A stretch of DNA of 64,000 nt. Origin: a virus. The stretch spans positions 72,407 through 136,406 of IMG/VR virus record IMGVR_UViG_3300009183_008543; one strand, 5' to 3'. A model generated the notes under the pieces. The model was not told where the DNA came from, did not search any database, and worked only from the letters and a program-made list of their open reading frames with translations. A program made the translations under genes and the position numbers. Shown here in pieces: positions 8,561 to 18,600 of this stretch (its first letter is position 1; every line of letters starts with the position of its first letter).

Positions 8561-11278
8561 TTATTCCTCTAAACACTTTTCAAATTGTTTCAAAACTTCA
8601 TCATCCGTTTGATATTTTTCATCATCAGAGGCAGGGTTTTTCAACACAATAACCCTAAAATCTAACTCCTTAGTTGGATATTTCTGTTGCCATCTTTTGT
8701 TTGGATCTCTCAGATTCCTTTCTAATGAATACCCATTAAATCCTCCAGATGGCGGAGAAAGCCTCACTCTAAGTAAGTTATCTTTCTTTAATTCTTCTTC
8801 CCATCTAAAAACATCTTCTTCCCAAAAGAATATTCTGTTTTTTTCTCCCATAGCATCTTCGGCTTCTATAGAGATATAATCTTTTCCATTTTTGGTTTTG
8901 TTTTTTTTTGTAGACAAAACTTTAATCTCGACAGGAACAATGCAATTTTCATGTTCCCGCAAAATTTGAAATGTATACCCCTTAAAATCAGAGCTTTTCT
9001 CCAAGTCATGTTCCCATGCAAATCCATAATATTTCAACTCACAAGATGAAACGCTTCTCAATTCTTTGGCAAATGTTTTATCTATCTGATGATCATCGGA
9101 ATTGAAATCAACAAGTTTTGGCAAATCAAAAACCTTAGATTCATCAAACTTTTTAATCGCCCTTTGTCTTCTTGCCCATATTTTTTTCAATTCTTTTAAC
9201 TTATTGTAAGTTTTCTTGACCAACATTTTTTTATAAAATCTTTCAGTCTGAACTTCTACAAAGTCATCAGTGCCTTTGACCTTAATATATTCAACCTCAA
9301 TTCTTCTTTCTCCAGTAGTACTTTCGACAATTTTTTCAGTTTCTATGATTTCATCAATATCATATTTTTTCCATTCTGGATCATCGAAAACATTATCGCC
9401 AACCAAATCAGTTAACTTTCTAGATTCTCCAACACAAATTTTAGAAAAATCTTCTTCGTAATTTTCCATGCCGTCTATAAATCTTTTTCTCTTGTCCTCT
9501 ATTTTTTTAACAGCAGATTTATAATGTTCGTAAAATTTCCAAAGCGTAATTGGATCAGCATCTTTGAAGCAACGCAATCCAACAAGTGCTTTTAATATGC
9601 TAGCATCTGTTCCAAACTTAAAAAGAAAATCTTCAAAATTTGCATATGGCTGATTATCAACAATTTTTTTCGCTGGTATTTCTCCTACGCCTTTAATGTT
9701 TGACAATCCATAATAGATAACATCATCAACAAGAGAAAAGGTTTCTTTAGACTTATTTATATCGACCTTTTCCATCTCAACATCATGCCGTCTTGCCTCT
9801 ATCTTGTAGTCCTTTATTTTATCGCTCAATGTTTCGCAGCTAAGAACAGCAGCGTAAAATTCTTGAGGATGATGAGCCTTTAGATATAATAATCGAGAAG
9901 AAACATAGGTATAAGCAACGGAATGACTCATATTGAAGCCATATTCTGCGAAAGATTTTATCTGTTCCCACAAGCTCTGAACTTCTTCCTGAGTAGCATC
10001 TAGATTTTTTTGTCCATTTTCAATAAACATAATTTCATATTTCTTAAAAGCTTCTGCCTTCTTTTTAGAAATAGCTTTTCTTACAACTTCACAATCTCTT
10101 AAAGGAATTTCACCAACAATATTTAAAATTTTCATAATCTGTTCTTGAAAAACCATAACTCCATATGTGTTTCCAAGAATAGGCTCAATCAATGGATGTA
10201 AGGTGTATTCTTCTTCTTCTTTTTTTCTTTTCGTATATCTTTCATGCATTAACATGCCAAGAGGACCGGGGCGATACAAAGCCGTATATGCAACTAAATC
10301 TTCAAATCTATCAACACCACCAGCTTTTACCAATCTTCTTATGCCTTCTGAATCAAATTGAAATATGCATTTCAAATCACCTTCATTTGCCATAGCCAAA
10401 GATTTTTGATCATTTCTCCAAGAAGAAACATCTGTCCAATCAGAGTCATCATTGTTAGCACATATGCTTTTTATATTTTTTCTTTTTTTGACCAATTCGC
10501 AACATGTAGATATTTGTTTTAAATTAGAAATTACAAGCAAATCGAATTTCACCAAACCTACTGGTTGTAAGTCTTGACCATTAAGACCTTCCACCCAAGC
10601 AGATGCTTGCGGATTATCTTTTCTTTTTACTAATGGAACCATATCGGACAAAGGAACTGAACTTATAATCAAACCTCCAGCATGTTGACCCATACCTCTA
10701 TTTCTATTGATTAACTTGTGTGCTGCCGCAGTTGCTTCGGGATGATCTTCACAATATTTTTTCAATTTTGGATACAATTCCATGGCAGATTCCCATGTCA
10801 TAACATTTCCATCTTCATCTTTTGAATCAAGATTCTTGGTAAGTTCAAGTATTTCTTCTCTAGGATTGTCGTGAACCCGTGCCATATCAATCAAGGCACT
10901 CTTCATTCCGAAGGTTGTATAGTTGCTAATATTACAAACATATTCTTCACCAAAAGTTTCTAAAGCCCACTTGTTTTTTAAATAATCACGAACTTCAGAC
11001 AAATAATCCACATCAATATCTGGCATATCGCCTTGGACAAATTTTGGATCAACATCGACATTAAAATCATCACATATACCAAGAAGCCAAGGAACAATGA
11101 TATTGTTTGTATTTTTAAATTTATTTTTCTCGCTAAATAATTTCAAAAAATATTCAGCTTTTCCTTGAACATCTATTTCTCGAAGCTCCCACTCAAGCCT
11201 TTTGCGATATTTTTCTCCAAGATTTCTTTTGTCGAAAACATGCCACAAACCTTTTTCTAATTTTTGAAAAGCATTCAT
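8561..11278 (-). CDS. dnaE: DNA polymerase III alpha subunit, C-terminal (catalytic) half of a split DnaE
   Basis: MPDIDVD, GQHAGG, GLVKFDLL, IFQFDS, ALYRPGPL, TYGVMVFQEQIM, FAEYGFNMSHSVAY, YGLSNIKGVG, C-terminal OB fold; no PHP domain. Confidence 0.93.
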   Translation of the reverse strand: MNAFQKLEKGLWHVFDKRNLGEKYRKRLEWELREIDVQGKAEYFLKLFSEKNKFKNTNNIIVPWLLGICDDFNVDVDPKFVQGDMPDIDVDYLSEVRDYLKNKWALETFGEEYVCNISNYTTFGMKSALIDMARVHDNPREEILELTKNLDSKDEDGNVMTWESAMELYPKLKKYCEDHPEATAAAHKLINRNRGMGQHAGGLIISSVPLSDMVPLVKRKDNPQASAWVEGLNGQDLQPVGLVKFDLLVISNLKQISTCCELVKKRKNIKSICANNDDSDWTDVSSWRNDQKSLAMANEGDLKCIFQFDSEGIRRLVKAGGVDRFEDLVAYTALYRPGPLGMLMHERYTKRKKEEEEYTLHPLIEPILGNTYGVMVFQEQIMKILNIVGEIPLRDCEVVRKAISKKKAEAFKKYEIMFIENGQKNLDATQEEVQSLWEQIKSFAEYGFNMSHSVAYTYVSSRLLYLKAHHPQEFYAAVLSCETLSDKIKDYKIEARRHDVEMEKVDINKSKETFSLVDDVIYYGLSNIKGVGEIPAKKIVDNQPYANFEDFLFKFGTDASILKALVGLRCFKDADPITLWKFYEHYKSAVKKIEDKRKRFIDGMENYEEDFSKICVGESRKLTDLVGDNVFDDPEWKKYDIDEIIETEKIVESTTGERRIEVEYIKVKGTDDFVEVQTERFYKKMLVKKTYNKLKELKKIWARRQRAIKKFDESKVFDLPKLVDFNSDDHQIDKTFAKELRSVSSCELKYYGFAWEHDLEKSSDFKGYTFQILREHENCIVPVEIKVLSTKKNKTKNGKDYISIEAEDAMGEKNRIFFWEEDVFRWEEELKKDNLLRVRLSPPSGGFNGYSLERNLRDPNKRWQQKYPTKELDFRVIVLKNPASDDEKYQTDDEVLKQFEKCLEE

Positions 11279-11352
11279 AAGTAACTCCAAATAAAATGAA
11301 TTAATATTGTATCACGAAATCTAAATAAATCTAGTCAACAAAAGGAGCATAT

Positions 11353-11724
11353 ATGAATTCATCAAAAGAACAGATATTAAAACTTTCTGGTTTGATAAAC
11401 GAACAACAAGCAGAATTGTCAATTGAAGAATTTGCAGAAAAAAGACATGCTGGTGCAGAAAAAATTGCAAATGCCGCAAAAGAAAAAGGTGGCGTTGCAT
11501 TACTTACCTATGATCATTTTCATGTCAAATTACCTTATTACAAAAAAACATCAGAAGGAAAATTCAATCGTAAAAAACTTCAAGAAGAATATAAAGAGTT
11601 ATGCTCTGAGCTTCATTCCTATATGGATGATATCGCAAGTATAGACCAATCTAAATTTCAAAAATTAGTTGGCAAAATAGAAGTTGTAGGAGAATTGCTT
11701 ATAAAAAACAAAAAGAGCCTCTAG
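11353..11724 (+). CDS. hypothetical protein
   Basis: AAGGAG RBS; TAAATA upstream; followed by a terminator. Confidence 0.65.
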   Translation: MNSSKEQILKLSGLINEQQAELSIEEFAEKRHAGAEKIANAAKEKGGVALLTYDHFHVKLPYYKKTSEGKFNRKKLQEEYKELCSELHSYMDDIASIDQSKFQKLVGKIEVVGELLIKNKKSL

Positions 11725-11748
11725 AAAACTAGAGACTCTTTTTTTTTT
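11711..11748. terminator. bidirectional intrinsic terminator
   Basis: aagag(c)ctctag-aaaa-ctagag(a)ctctt flanked by A-run and T-run, between convergent genes. Confidence 0.75.
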
Positions 11749-11952
11749 GACTTCGATTTAAAGTTGCTCAAGATCCGATCCCGATCTCGATTAATTTTGG
11801 CGAGTTACTAAGGAATGTGTGGAAAACTAAAACCCACACTTGAAAGTCAACACAACTTTATTCTTTCAGTCTATCTCTGTGCCAGAGTCTCAAATTTGCC
11901 AAATTTAAGAATAAGAGTTTTGCACTTTAGTTTATTTAAAGAACACGAAGTC
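11749..11952. other. structured intergenic region, candidate ncRNA
   Basis: Nested complementary segments gacttcg/cgaagtc, taaagttgc/gcacttta, tttggcgag/tttgccaaa, gtgtgg/ccacac. Confidence 0.35.
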
Positions 11953-11966
11953 GTGGCTAAGATTGA

Positions 11967-12473
11967 TTACTTATTTTCTGGTAATGGTTTAAATTCAATA
12001 ATAGGCTTTGAATCTTTTATAGGATCAACTTGTGGCTTCGAAGAGTCTGTAGCCTTGCTTGGCATCGTCTTTTTTGGATTTTGACTAGCTCCGCTAACAG
12101 CAGGACAATTCATATCATCACAAGCTTTGTGATAACCTTCTTCATAGGAAATGGTTCGAACATAGTCAACTTGATCCATTCCACGATAATATCCACTATG
12201 CCAAATTGAAGAAATTTCATTTTCTTCTGGTTTTACATTATTGACAATAGATAATATTCCTTCAATCTTTCCTTGTCCTTTTGCATTTTCCATCATGCCA
12301 TCACGATGACTATTTATTTGACTGTATAATAACTCTGTGTAACCGCTTTGTTGCAAACGATCTTTTTGATCCATCAAGTTAGTAATATCCTTATATGTGT
12401 CAATTCGATAAATTTGATACGCATTGACAATCAAAGAAAATCCCAAAACAGTACACAAAACATAATTGCTCAT
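11967..12473 (-). CDS. hypothetical membrane-anchored protein
   Basis: N-terminal TM helix; GAGGAG RBS. Confidence 0.65.
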   Translation of the reverse strand: MSNYVLCTVLGFSLIVNAYQIYRIDTYKDITNLMDQKDRLQQSGYTELLYSQINSHRDGMMENAKGQGKIEGILSIVNNVKPEENEISSIWHSGYYRGMDQVDYVRTISYEEGYHKACDDMNCPAVSGASQNPKKTMPSKATDSSKPQVDPIKDSKPIIEFKPLPENK

Positions 12474-12620
12474 CCCACTCTCCTCAAATTAAATAGTCCT
12501 TAAATTCAGTAACGAAAAGTAAAATATCACATTTTTTTTTTAAAATCAAGTCATTGAGACAATTATTTTCATATTTCTTCCTTATATATAAGGAAAGACA
12601 TTCCGTAAGAGGAGATTACC

Positions 12621-13589
12621 ATGGCGTTTAAGAAATTTAGAGAATATTTAAAAGACGAAAAAAATATCGTTGAAAAACCAGAAGTGCAAAAAGTTCCCGA
12701 CTATAAAGGACCTTCTAGCTCTGCTCCACCACAAGCAAAAATGGATAAAAATGCTGGTGGTCATGGTTACAAGGGTTCTGCAAAGCCTTACAGTGCAGGG
12801 AAAAATGCTGCCAATCCAAACAAATCAGAAAAAGGATTTGCACACGAAGGCGACAAAGATCTGAAATATGAACCTAAAGTCGATGTCGATACTAAAGATC
12901 CAGCAAAAGGCGAAGAACTTAAATCTTGGCATAAATCCAAAAGTGTATCTGAATGGCTCCAAAAAACACGCAAATTAAGCAATGCTGGCTTTATAAAAGG
13001 AATGCAAAATGAAGGTATTGCCTATGGAGTTATAAAAGAAACTATAACCGAATGTGCAAAATCAAATAGAAATGTCGCTCAACTTGTCATGGAAATGAAA
13101 CGAAATAAATTGCTTAAATCTTTGATTTCTGAGATTTGCAGTCACGAATCTGCAATTCCTGCGATTCTTTCAGAAATCAAAAAAAATAGTTTGTTCTTAA
13201 AGTACTTAAATGAATTTCATGATATGGACCATGATGAAAATAATAGTGATGATGAAGAACCTATGGAAATGGATGATGAAGAACCTATGGAAATGGATGA
13301 TGATGAATCCATGGGTGATGACGATGAATCCATGGGTGATGACGATGAATCCATGGGTGATGATGATGAATCCATGGGCGATGACGATGAATCCATGGAT
13401 GATGACGATGAATCCATGGGTGATGATGATGAATCCATGGGTGATGATGATGAATCCATGGGTGATGACGATGAATCCATGGGCGATGATGATGACGAAT
13501 CTGCTCTTTCCAACCCAATTGGAAAACACCATGCAAGAAAAGCATTGAAAAAAATGGGACCACCACCCGGTCCTTCTAGTGAATTCTAA
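12621..13589 (+). CDS. acidic repeat protein with capsid-targeting-like N-terminus (possible internal head or scaffold protein)
   Basis: MAFKKFREYLKDE start, TATATATA upstream, GAGGAG RBS, D/E-rich repeat tail. Confidence 0.55.
   Translation: MAFKKFREYLKDEKNIVEKPEVQKVPDYKGPSSSAPPQAKMDKNAGGHGYKGSAKPYSAGKNAANPNKSEKGFAHEGDKDLKYEPKVDVDTKDPAKGEELKSWHKSKSVSEWLQKTRKLSNAGFIKGMQNEGIAYGVIKETITECAKSNRNVAQLVMEMKRNKLLKSLISEICSHESAIPAILSEIKKNSLFLKYLNEFHDMDHDENNSDDEEPMEMDDEEPMEMDDDESMGDDDESMGDDDESMGDDDESMGDDDESMDDDDESMGDDDESMGDDDESMGDDDESMGDDDDESALSNPIGKHHARKALKKMGPPPGPSSEF
13248..13502 (+). repeat. coding tandem repeat: 2 x 24 bp (DDEEPMEM) then 9 x 21 bp (DDDESMG)
   Basis: gatgatgaagaacctatggaaatg x2; gatgaYgatgaatccatgggt-like x9. 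Confidence 0.95.
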
Positions 13590-13590
13590 A

Positions 13591-13622
13591 AAAAGCAAGC
13601 TCCGAAAGGGGCTTACTTTTTT
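13591..13622 (+). terminator. intrinsic terminator
   Basis: aagctcc-GAAA-ggggctt followed by a T-run. Confidence 0.7.
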
Positions 13623-13653
13623 ATAGCAGGAGGCTTTATCATAGCAGGAGGCT
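13623..13653 (+). repeat. 13-bp direct repeat containing the RBS
   Basis: atagcaggaggct at 13623-13635 and 13641-13653, before the ATG at 13655. Confidence 0.85.
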
Positions 13654-13654
13654 A

Positions 13655-14347
13655 ATGATTTTACATGGAAGTAAAGAAAAAATCTTAATTTGTATGCCCA
13701 CCTATCACTCTAAAATGGAGTGGCTTGTTCGATCTGTAGATTCATTGCACTTTCAAACATATAAGAATTTTGATTGCTATGTTGTAAAAGATGGATGCTC
13801 AGAATCATGCACATTTACCAATTTTGAAAAAACATGTATTGAATGTGCAGATTGCAAAAAAACAAGAATATTTTTTGAAAAAGTTTGCAAGGCAGATTCT
13901 AGATTTAAATTTTTTACATTGCCAATACATCATAGCGGTGCAGGTTGGGGTCCAAGAAATTTTGCCATCATGAATACACATCACAATTACATTGGATATC
14001 TTGATGATGATAATTGGTATGAAAAAGATCATATAGAATTACTTTATAAAACAATAACTGAAACCAAAAGCGACATGTGCTACACAGGAACCAGACTTTA
14101 CGATCACAACAAAAAAGTTGTCGGAGAAAGAATTCATAATGATATTCCAAAAGCTGGTTATATAGATACTTCTGAGATTATGCACACTAGATACCTTATA
14201 GAAAAACACGGAGGTTGGCGCTATGTAAAAAAGTGCAATGATTGGGATATAGTTTCAAGATGGGTTCCCGATGTGAAATGGAGTCACACCAACAAGGTAA
14301 CACTTAATTTCTTTCTGAGGGATGGATGCGGAATACACAGGAAATAA
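13655..14347 (+). CDS. glycosyltransferase family 2
   Basis: ICMPTYH, VVKDG, GPRNFAI, YIGYLDDDNWY, IDTSEIMH. Confidence 0.85.
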   Translation: MILHGSKEKILICMPTYHSKMEWLVRSVDSLHFQTYKNFDCYVVKDGCSESCTFTNFEKTCIECADCKKTRIFFEKVCKADSRFKFFTLPIHHSGAGWGPRNFAIMNTHHNYIGYLDDDNWYEKDHIELLYKTITETKSDMCYTGTRLYDHNKKVVGERIHNDIPKAGYIDTSEIMHTRYLIEKHGGWRYVKKCNDWDIVSRWVPDVKWSHTNKVTLNFFLRDGCGIHRK

Positions 14348-15606
14348 AACAGTTCATCCAGAAGTGGAAAAACTTCACCGATCCTTCCACGCAAATTCCT
14401 TACGACTACAAACCAATATGCAAAGATTTACTTCTACACGATGAAGAACTTGTTGTCGAAACAATAGACATACTGAAAAGAAACATATCGTCTTGGGCAG
14501 AAAAAAATTCCGAAATTTATGAAAGTAAAAAAGCCTTTACTTTTTTGGAAAAAAAAGATCTCAACGATAAAAGCAAATGGTATGTAAAATCCTTGGAAAA
14601 GGAATCCATGCCAATGAAAAGTAGCGGAAGCACCACTGGCGAGGGATTTGAATACTTGCGATGGGAACCTTTCCTTTATTTCATCGAAGGAGAAAACCAC
14701 TACGACCTTATTCTGGATGAGTACGAAATACCACAGAACCCACACATCATGTACTTTTTTAATTCCTCGTTCGGAAGTGGTCCAAGACACATAAACAACA
14801 CATCGAAAAGCAAGAACTTCATGGAACACCACGGAACGAAAAGAACCGCAATGGTTCATTATGCAAACACAAAACTCCAAAAAGAAAAAGAAGAAGTATT
14901 CCAAAAATATCTACTCAAGTATTTAAATGCAAAAAAAATGGATGTAATATTCGCTCCCGGTCCACAAATAAAAAAAATATGCTCTTATATAAAAAAGGAA
15001 AACTATAAGGGTAAACTGTGCAACTTGTTAAGTAATAGCAATGAGAAACTTCTAGATGAGGATGCTAAGTTCCTTCTGGAAAACAAATATGTATCACATA
15101 TATGCGACCACATGCGGTGTTGGGATGGTGGTGCTTCATTCTTCACATGCAAAGACAAGAACTATCACTTGATGGACAACCTTTCTTGGTGTGTCGAAAA
15201 CGAAGAAAGACTTATATCAACCGATTACTTCTCCTTGGCTTGTCCTTTCGTAAAATTCTGGAATGGCGATAGGTGCAAGATAGGCGAGAAATACCAGAGA
15301 TGTTCTTGCGGAAGGTTGTACAGAGATTTTAAATTCTTAGAGAATCGACCCTTCGCCATAAAAGGGCATTCGATCAACGAGTATAAGAAAAAGCTCATGG
15401 AAACTGGTCTTACAGAGATAAAACAGGTGAATTGCGGAAATGATTTCATAGAGATCGTATCTAATAAGGAAATAGATCCATCCAAGAAAGATGAAGTTGC
15501 CAAAATATTTAAGTCTCACAAGTTGAGATTCAAGGTTATTCCAGACCAAATATTGGCATCGCAAAAAGTACAGAACAGAAATCCATCTGGAAAGGATGGA
15601 GACTAA
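14326..15606 (+). CDS. phenylacetate-CoA ligase / CapK-like adenylate-forming enzyme (divergent)
   Basis: KSSGSTTG P-loop, LISTDY, FWNGD...RCSCGR...ENR pattern of PaaK/CapK-like ANL proteins. Confidence 0.6.
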   Translation: MRNTQEIKQFIQKWKNFTDPSTQIPYDYKPICKDLLLHDEELVVETIDILKRNISSWAEKNSEIYESKKAFTFLEKKDLNDKSKWYVKSLEKESMPMKSSGSTTGEGFEYLRWEPFLYFIEGENHYDLILDEYEIPQNPHIMYFFNSSFGSGPRHINNTSKSKNFMEHHGTKRTAMVHYANTKLQKEKEEVFQKYLLKYLNAKKMDVIFAPGPQIKKICSYIKKENYKGKLCNLLSNSNEKLLDEDAKFLLENKYVSHICDHMRCWDGGASFFTCKDKNYHLMDNLSWCVENEERLISTDYFSLACPFVKFWNGDRCKIGEKYQRCSCGRLYRDFKFLENRPFAIKGHSINEYKKKLMETGLTEIKQVNCGNDFIEIVSNKEIDPSKKDEVAKIFKSHKLRFKVIPDQILASQKVQNRNPSGKDGD

Positions 15607-18600
15607 ATGATAGATCCAAAACTGGTAGAAAATTGGAATATAATTTTCGCACTTGCCGACAAAGCTTGTGGGCATTTCGCAACATATGAAGCAATAGTCC
15701 TTGTGCCACGACCTTGTACCGGAGGGTCAAGTGCTTATTGGACTCTTGGTACTTCTTGTCCAGATGGTTGCACATCTTCTCCTCCTTCTGAATTGCCAAC
15801 AAATCCTCCATGCGATCCTAATTACCCTGATAATGGAACGGAAAATGACATAATCGGGTGCTGCGGAGGGATAGTTGAAGTCGAATGCACTGGAACCTGC
15901 TGTAACTGTGGTGGAGTTCAATGCGAACCATCAGAGACATGCTGCGACAATGTTTGCGTGGACTTGCAAACGGATCATGACCATTGTGGCGGTTGCCCTA
16001 TAGTTTGCGAACCTTCAGAAAGCTGCAAGAATGGTGTTTGCAAAGGCGCTTGTGCTTCGAGCAACTGCTCATGGACTTGGAGCGAAGGCTGTCAGGCTGA
16101 TTGTGCTTATGTCCTCCTTGATGGTGTGTATGTGCAGAATCAATTTTGCACAGAAGGATCAAATTGCATTTGTCCTGCCGCTCCTGCCGTAACCGAATCA
16201 TCACCACTTTATGTATACATTTCTTGTGTTGGAAATCCAAGACCATCGGGTGTTTGGTCACAGACTTCGACATGCCCACAGGGATGCACCTGTCCAGAAG
16301 AAGCACCAACGACAAATGGAACGACAAATGGTCAAGTTATAACCCATGAATGCGTCAGTTGCTCCCCTCCATGCGGAGAAGGACAAGACTGCTGCGGTGG
16401 CGAATGCAAAAACATATATGAAGACAGCAATAATTGTGATGGTTGCGGAAATGTTTGCCCTGAAGCAACACCAACTTGCTGCAATGGCGAGTGCTGTGTG
16501 TCAAACAATTGTTGTTCGGTTGATGGAACAAATACTTGTATTGATGTTATGAATGATCCAAATCATTGTGGTGATTGCATAACATTTTGCAGCGGTCCAG
16601 AAACTACAACGCCACAAAAGTGTTGCCATGGCGAATGCAAATTCACAGAAACAGATAATGAAAATTGCGGATCTTGTGACTTTCCTTGTCCTGTCGGATA
16701 CACATGCTGTTTTGGTGTATGCAAAGAACTATATGGTGATGATCGCTTGAACTGTGGCGATTGTGGTAAAACTTGCCCTGTCGGAGAGTTTTGTAAAGAT
16801 GGCAATTGCGTAGACCCTTGTACGCTGGAGGAATGCTCATACACATGGGATGCACAAACATGCACATTCATGTACAATAACCCAAATGGGTATAAAATAT
16901 GTTCTGGAACTGCGGTCATGAAATGGGTTCCAACTGGACCTCCTAGCGACCCTGATTCAATAACTGGTACATGTCCGGGTCGTTGGGATACAGTAGTTCC
17001 ATGCGAATATTCAGATAACTGCGGTTGTATAAATGGGTATGGGTTTGAACAAACTATTGGACCATGCTGGGAATATACACAAGAATGCTATTGTGGTCAG
17101 AGAAATGATGTAATCACTCCATGTGGCGCAATTTTCCCTGTTCTAGATCCAGTTATAGGTTGGGCAGGAGGAACATGGGAACAGTTAACCGACTGCGATG
17201 GTTGTCCAAAACCAGTAGATCCTCCTGCAATACCAGCCTGTATGGGACAAACTTACAGTTTCAACTGTGCAGGATCTTGGATCTACAGACCATGCCCAAG
17301 CTGCGTATGCCCAATAAACGAGCCACTTCGAGAAGGAACACCAAATGAAAAAGTTTCTTCTCCCTGTAAAAACTGTGATCCAGCTTGTGGTGCCAATCAA
17401 AAGTGTTGCAATCATGTTTGTAAAAACATACTTACAGATGTTCGTAATTGCGGAGATTGCGGAAGAGATTGCGGATCTGCTGCGGGAACCGCTTGCTGTA
17501 GGGGAACATGCGTAAACACACTTACAGAAGAACTTTACTGCGGAGGTTGCAATACCGTTTGTGCATGGTCAGAAACTTGTTGCAATGGTTTTTGCAAAGA
17601 TACTCACACAGACCCTGCTAACTGTGGTAGTTGCGGACATCCTTGTGCTGCTGGCGAAGTTTGCTGTAATAGTTTTTGCGTAAACACAAATACCGACAGA
17701 AATAACTGTGGAAGTTGCCCATTTGTATGTCCCAACGCAGATAAGTGCATTGACGGAAGATGCGTTCCATGCGACCCCCCATGTCTAGAAGCTGGAACCG
17801 CTTGCTGCAACAATTCATGCATCGACATATTGTCTGACGAGAACAACTGCGGTGGTTGCAACATACCCTGTGCTGGCAAATGCTGCAATGGGTCTTGCGT
17901 ATTAGATTTGAACACCATGTACAACTGTGGTGATTGCGGAATAGCGTGTCCGCAAATGATCAACCAGATCAATCTGTGGCAGTGCTGCAATGGTCAGTGC
18001 AAGAATCTAAAAACTGATCCAGAAAACTGCGGTTTTTGCGGAAGAGTATGTCAAGAGCCTCCGGGTGACACATTTAAAGTTCCAAAATGTTTCTTGGGAA
18101 ACTGTGCAGAACCAGAATGTGTATGTTTGGGAGGGGAAACCCCCGGACCTGACGATGTTGTTTTCGTATCCACATGCCTTGGGAACACGATAAGCTGTGA
18201 GGGGTCTTGTTATTTTGAGAATGTGGGCGGAAGTTGGGTTCTTCATGAAGAGCCGGGCGGAACTGGATTTTCTGGATCTTGCGGAAAAGAACCAGACTAC
18301 ACATATTGTGTTGATGACAAATATGCCTGTGTTGGAGATATATATTATTGCGTAAAACCCATAGAAGGACAAGATATGCCAACTTATTGTATACCAAAAC
18401 CATCATTTGACCCATTAGCACAAGCACTAATCGGATCGTATATCGGAGCAGAAAACTGTGCTGCTGGTTGCAGCGGGGATGGAAGCTGTCCAGACGGTTG
18501 TGCAAACGGATTGACCTGTTGTAATACGGAATGCGTGGACACGCAAACGGACAGTGCCAATTGCGGTGGTTGTGGTGGCGGTCCTTGTGCCTCTGATGAG

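Noticed and set aside
13248-13502. CRISPR array
   Set aside because: The repeats are contiguous with no unique spacers, vary mainly at synonymous sites, and no cas genes are nearby.
13206-13598. Overlapping His-, Ser- or Met-rich ORFs in other frames
   Set aside because: Shadows of the 21-bp repeat.
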